Assembly (NCBI GenBank): GCA_023150835.1
Contig: JAKLKB010000062.1
Location: forward strand, 1-35,049
Direction: 5' to 3'
DNA from: Myxococcota bacterium
GTDB taxonomy: Bacteria; Myxococcota_C; UBA6777
DNA length: 35,049 bases
Part shown: positions 34,733-35,049 of the stretch, in pieces
Layout: every line of letters starts with the position of its first letter
How positions within the stretch are numbered: the stretch's first letter is position 1
Translations under genes and position numbers: made by a program
The notes under the pieces: model-generated
The model's input: the letters and a program-made list of their open reading frames with translations, nothing else
The model's database searches: none
Told to the model about the DNA's origin: nothing

Positions 34733-34959
34733 ACGGTGTTTTGTAGGGGCAGACAGGTGTGCCTGCCCTCGCTCTGTTGCGTCGGTGACCTCTCTTCATC
34801 GCCATCTGTTTTGAACGAACCCCAACCACAGGGCAACCACAGGGGGTTGCCCCTACGTGTTTGAAATCACACGGTGTTTCGTAGGGGCAGGCCCCCGTGC
34901 CTGCCCTCGCTCTGTTGCGTCGGTGACCTCTTCATCGCTATCTGTTTTGAACGAACCCC
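34731..34959. repeat. BIME/REPIN-like cluster of GTAG REPs (+ 34743-34769, - 34831-34856, + 34881-34907) with duplicated linker
   Basis: GTAGGGGCAGACAGGTGTGCCTGCCCT, GGGCAACCACAGGGGGTTGCCCCTAC and GTAGGGGCAGGCCCCCGTGCCTGCCCT. A ~90-bp unit is duplicated with period 138. Confidence 0.9.
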
Positions 34960-35049
34960 CGAGAGTTTTCGTTGTTTTCTTCAACTGTCATGTCGCGAGA
35001 CGTTCCTCTGAGACCTCTCATGTCAAGGGCAAACAAGCCATGAAGCCCG

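Overview
A gene-dense bacterial window, most likely from a Myxococcota (myxobacteria-like) genome; this rests on two MYXO-CTERM-like C-termini, Cys-rich repeat surface proteins and a caspase/ECF/DUF4384 module. About 17 plausible genes are present. Envelope and secreted proteins: a large lipoprotein of unknown function, an amidohydrolase-TSP3-OB lipoprotein, a Cys-rich/PKD/8xIPT surface protein, a matrixin-like Cys-rich MYXO-CTERM protein lacking its zinc ligands, and an S8 subtilase. Regulatory or chaperone-like genes: a MoxR-type AAA+ ATPase with a TraB/TIKI-like partner followed by sufE, a divergent ARPP-1-like protein, and an exported caspase-family protease divergent from an ECF sigma and zf-HC2/DUF4384 anti-sigma pair. 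Metabolic genes: an FAD/Fe-S oxidoreductase, gloB, a CgeB-like glycosyltransferase and a PLP aminotransferase. There are also a REP-flanked membrane protein, a repeat-containing hypothetical protein and a 5'-truncated dprA-like fragment. The non-coding DNA is unusually structured. It holds a ~170-bp hairpin-rich MITE-like family with AGGA(C/G)TTACGCAG-like terminal inverted repeats, usually lying in sense orientation just after a stop codon, plus GTAG-type REP elements, two related 9-bp tandem arrays, a 41-bp hairpin tandem repeat and duplications of gene 3' ends. No rRNA, tRNA, CRISPR array or transposase was recognised. All family assignments come from motif recognition by eye, not from database searches.
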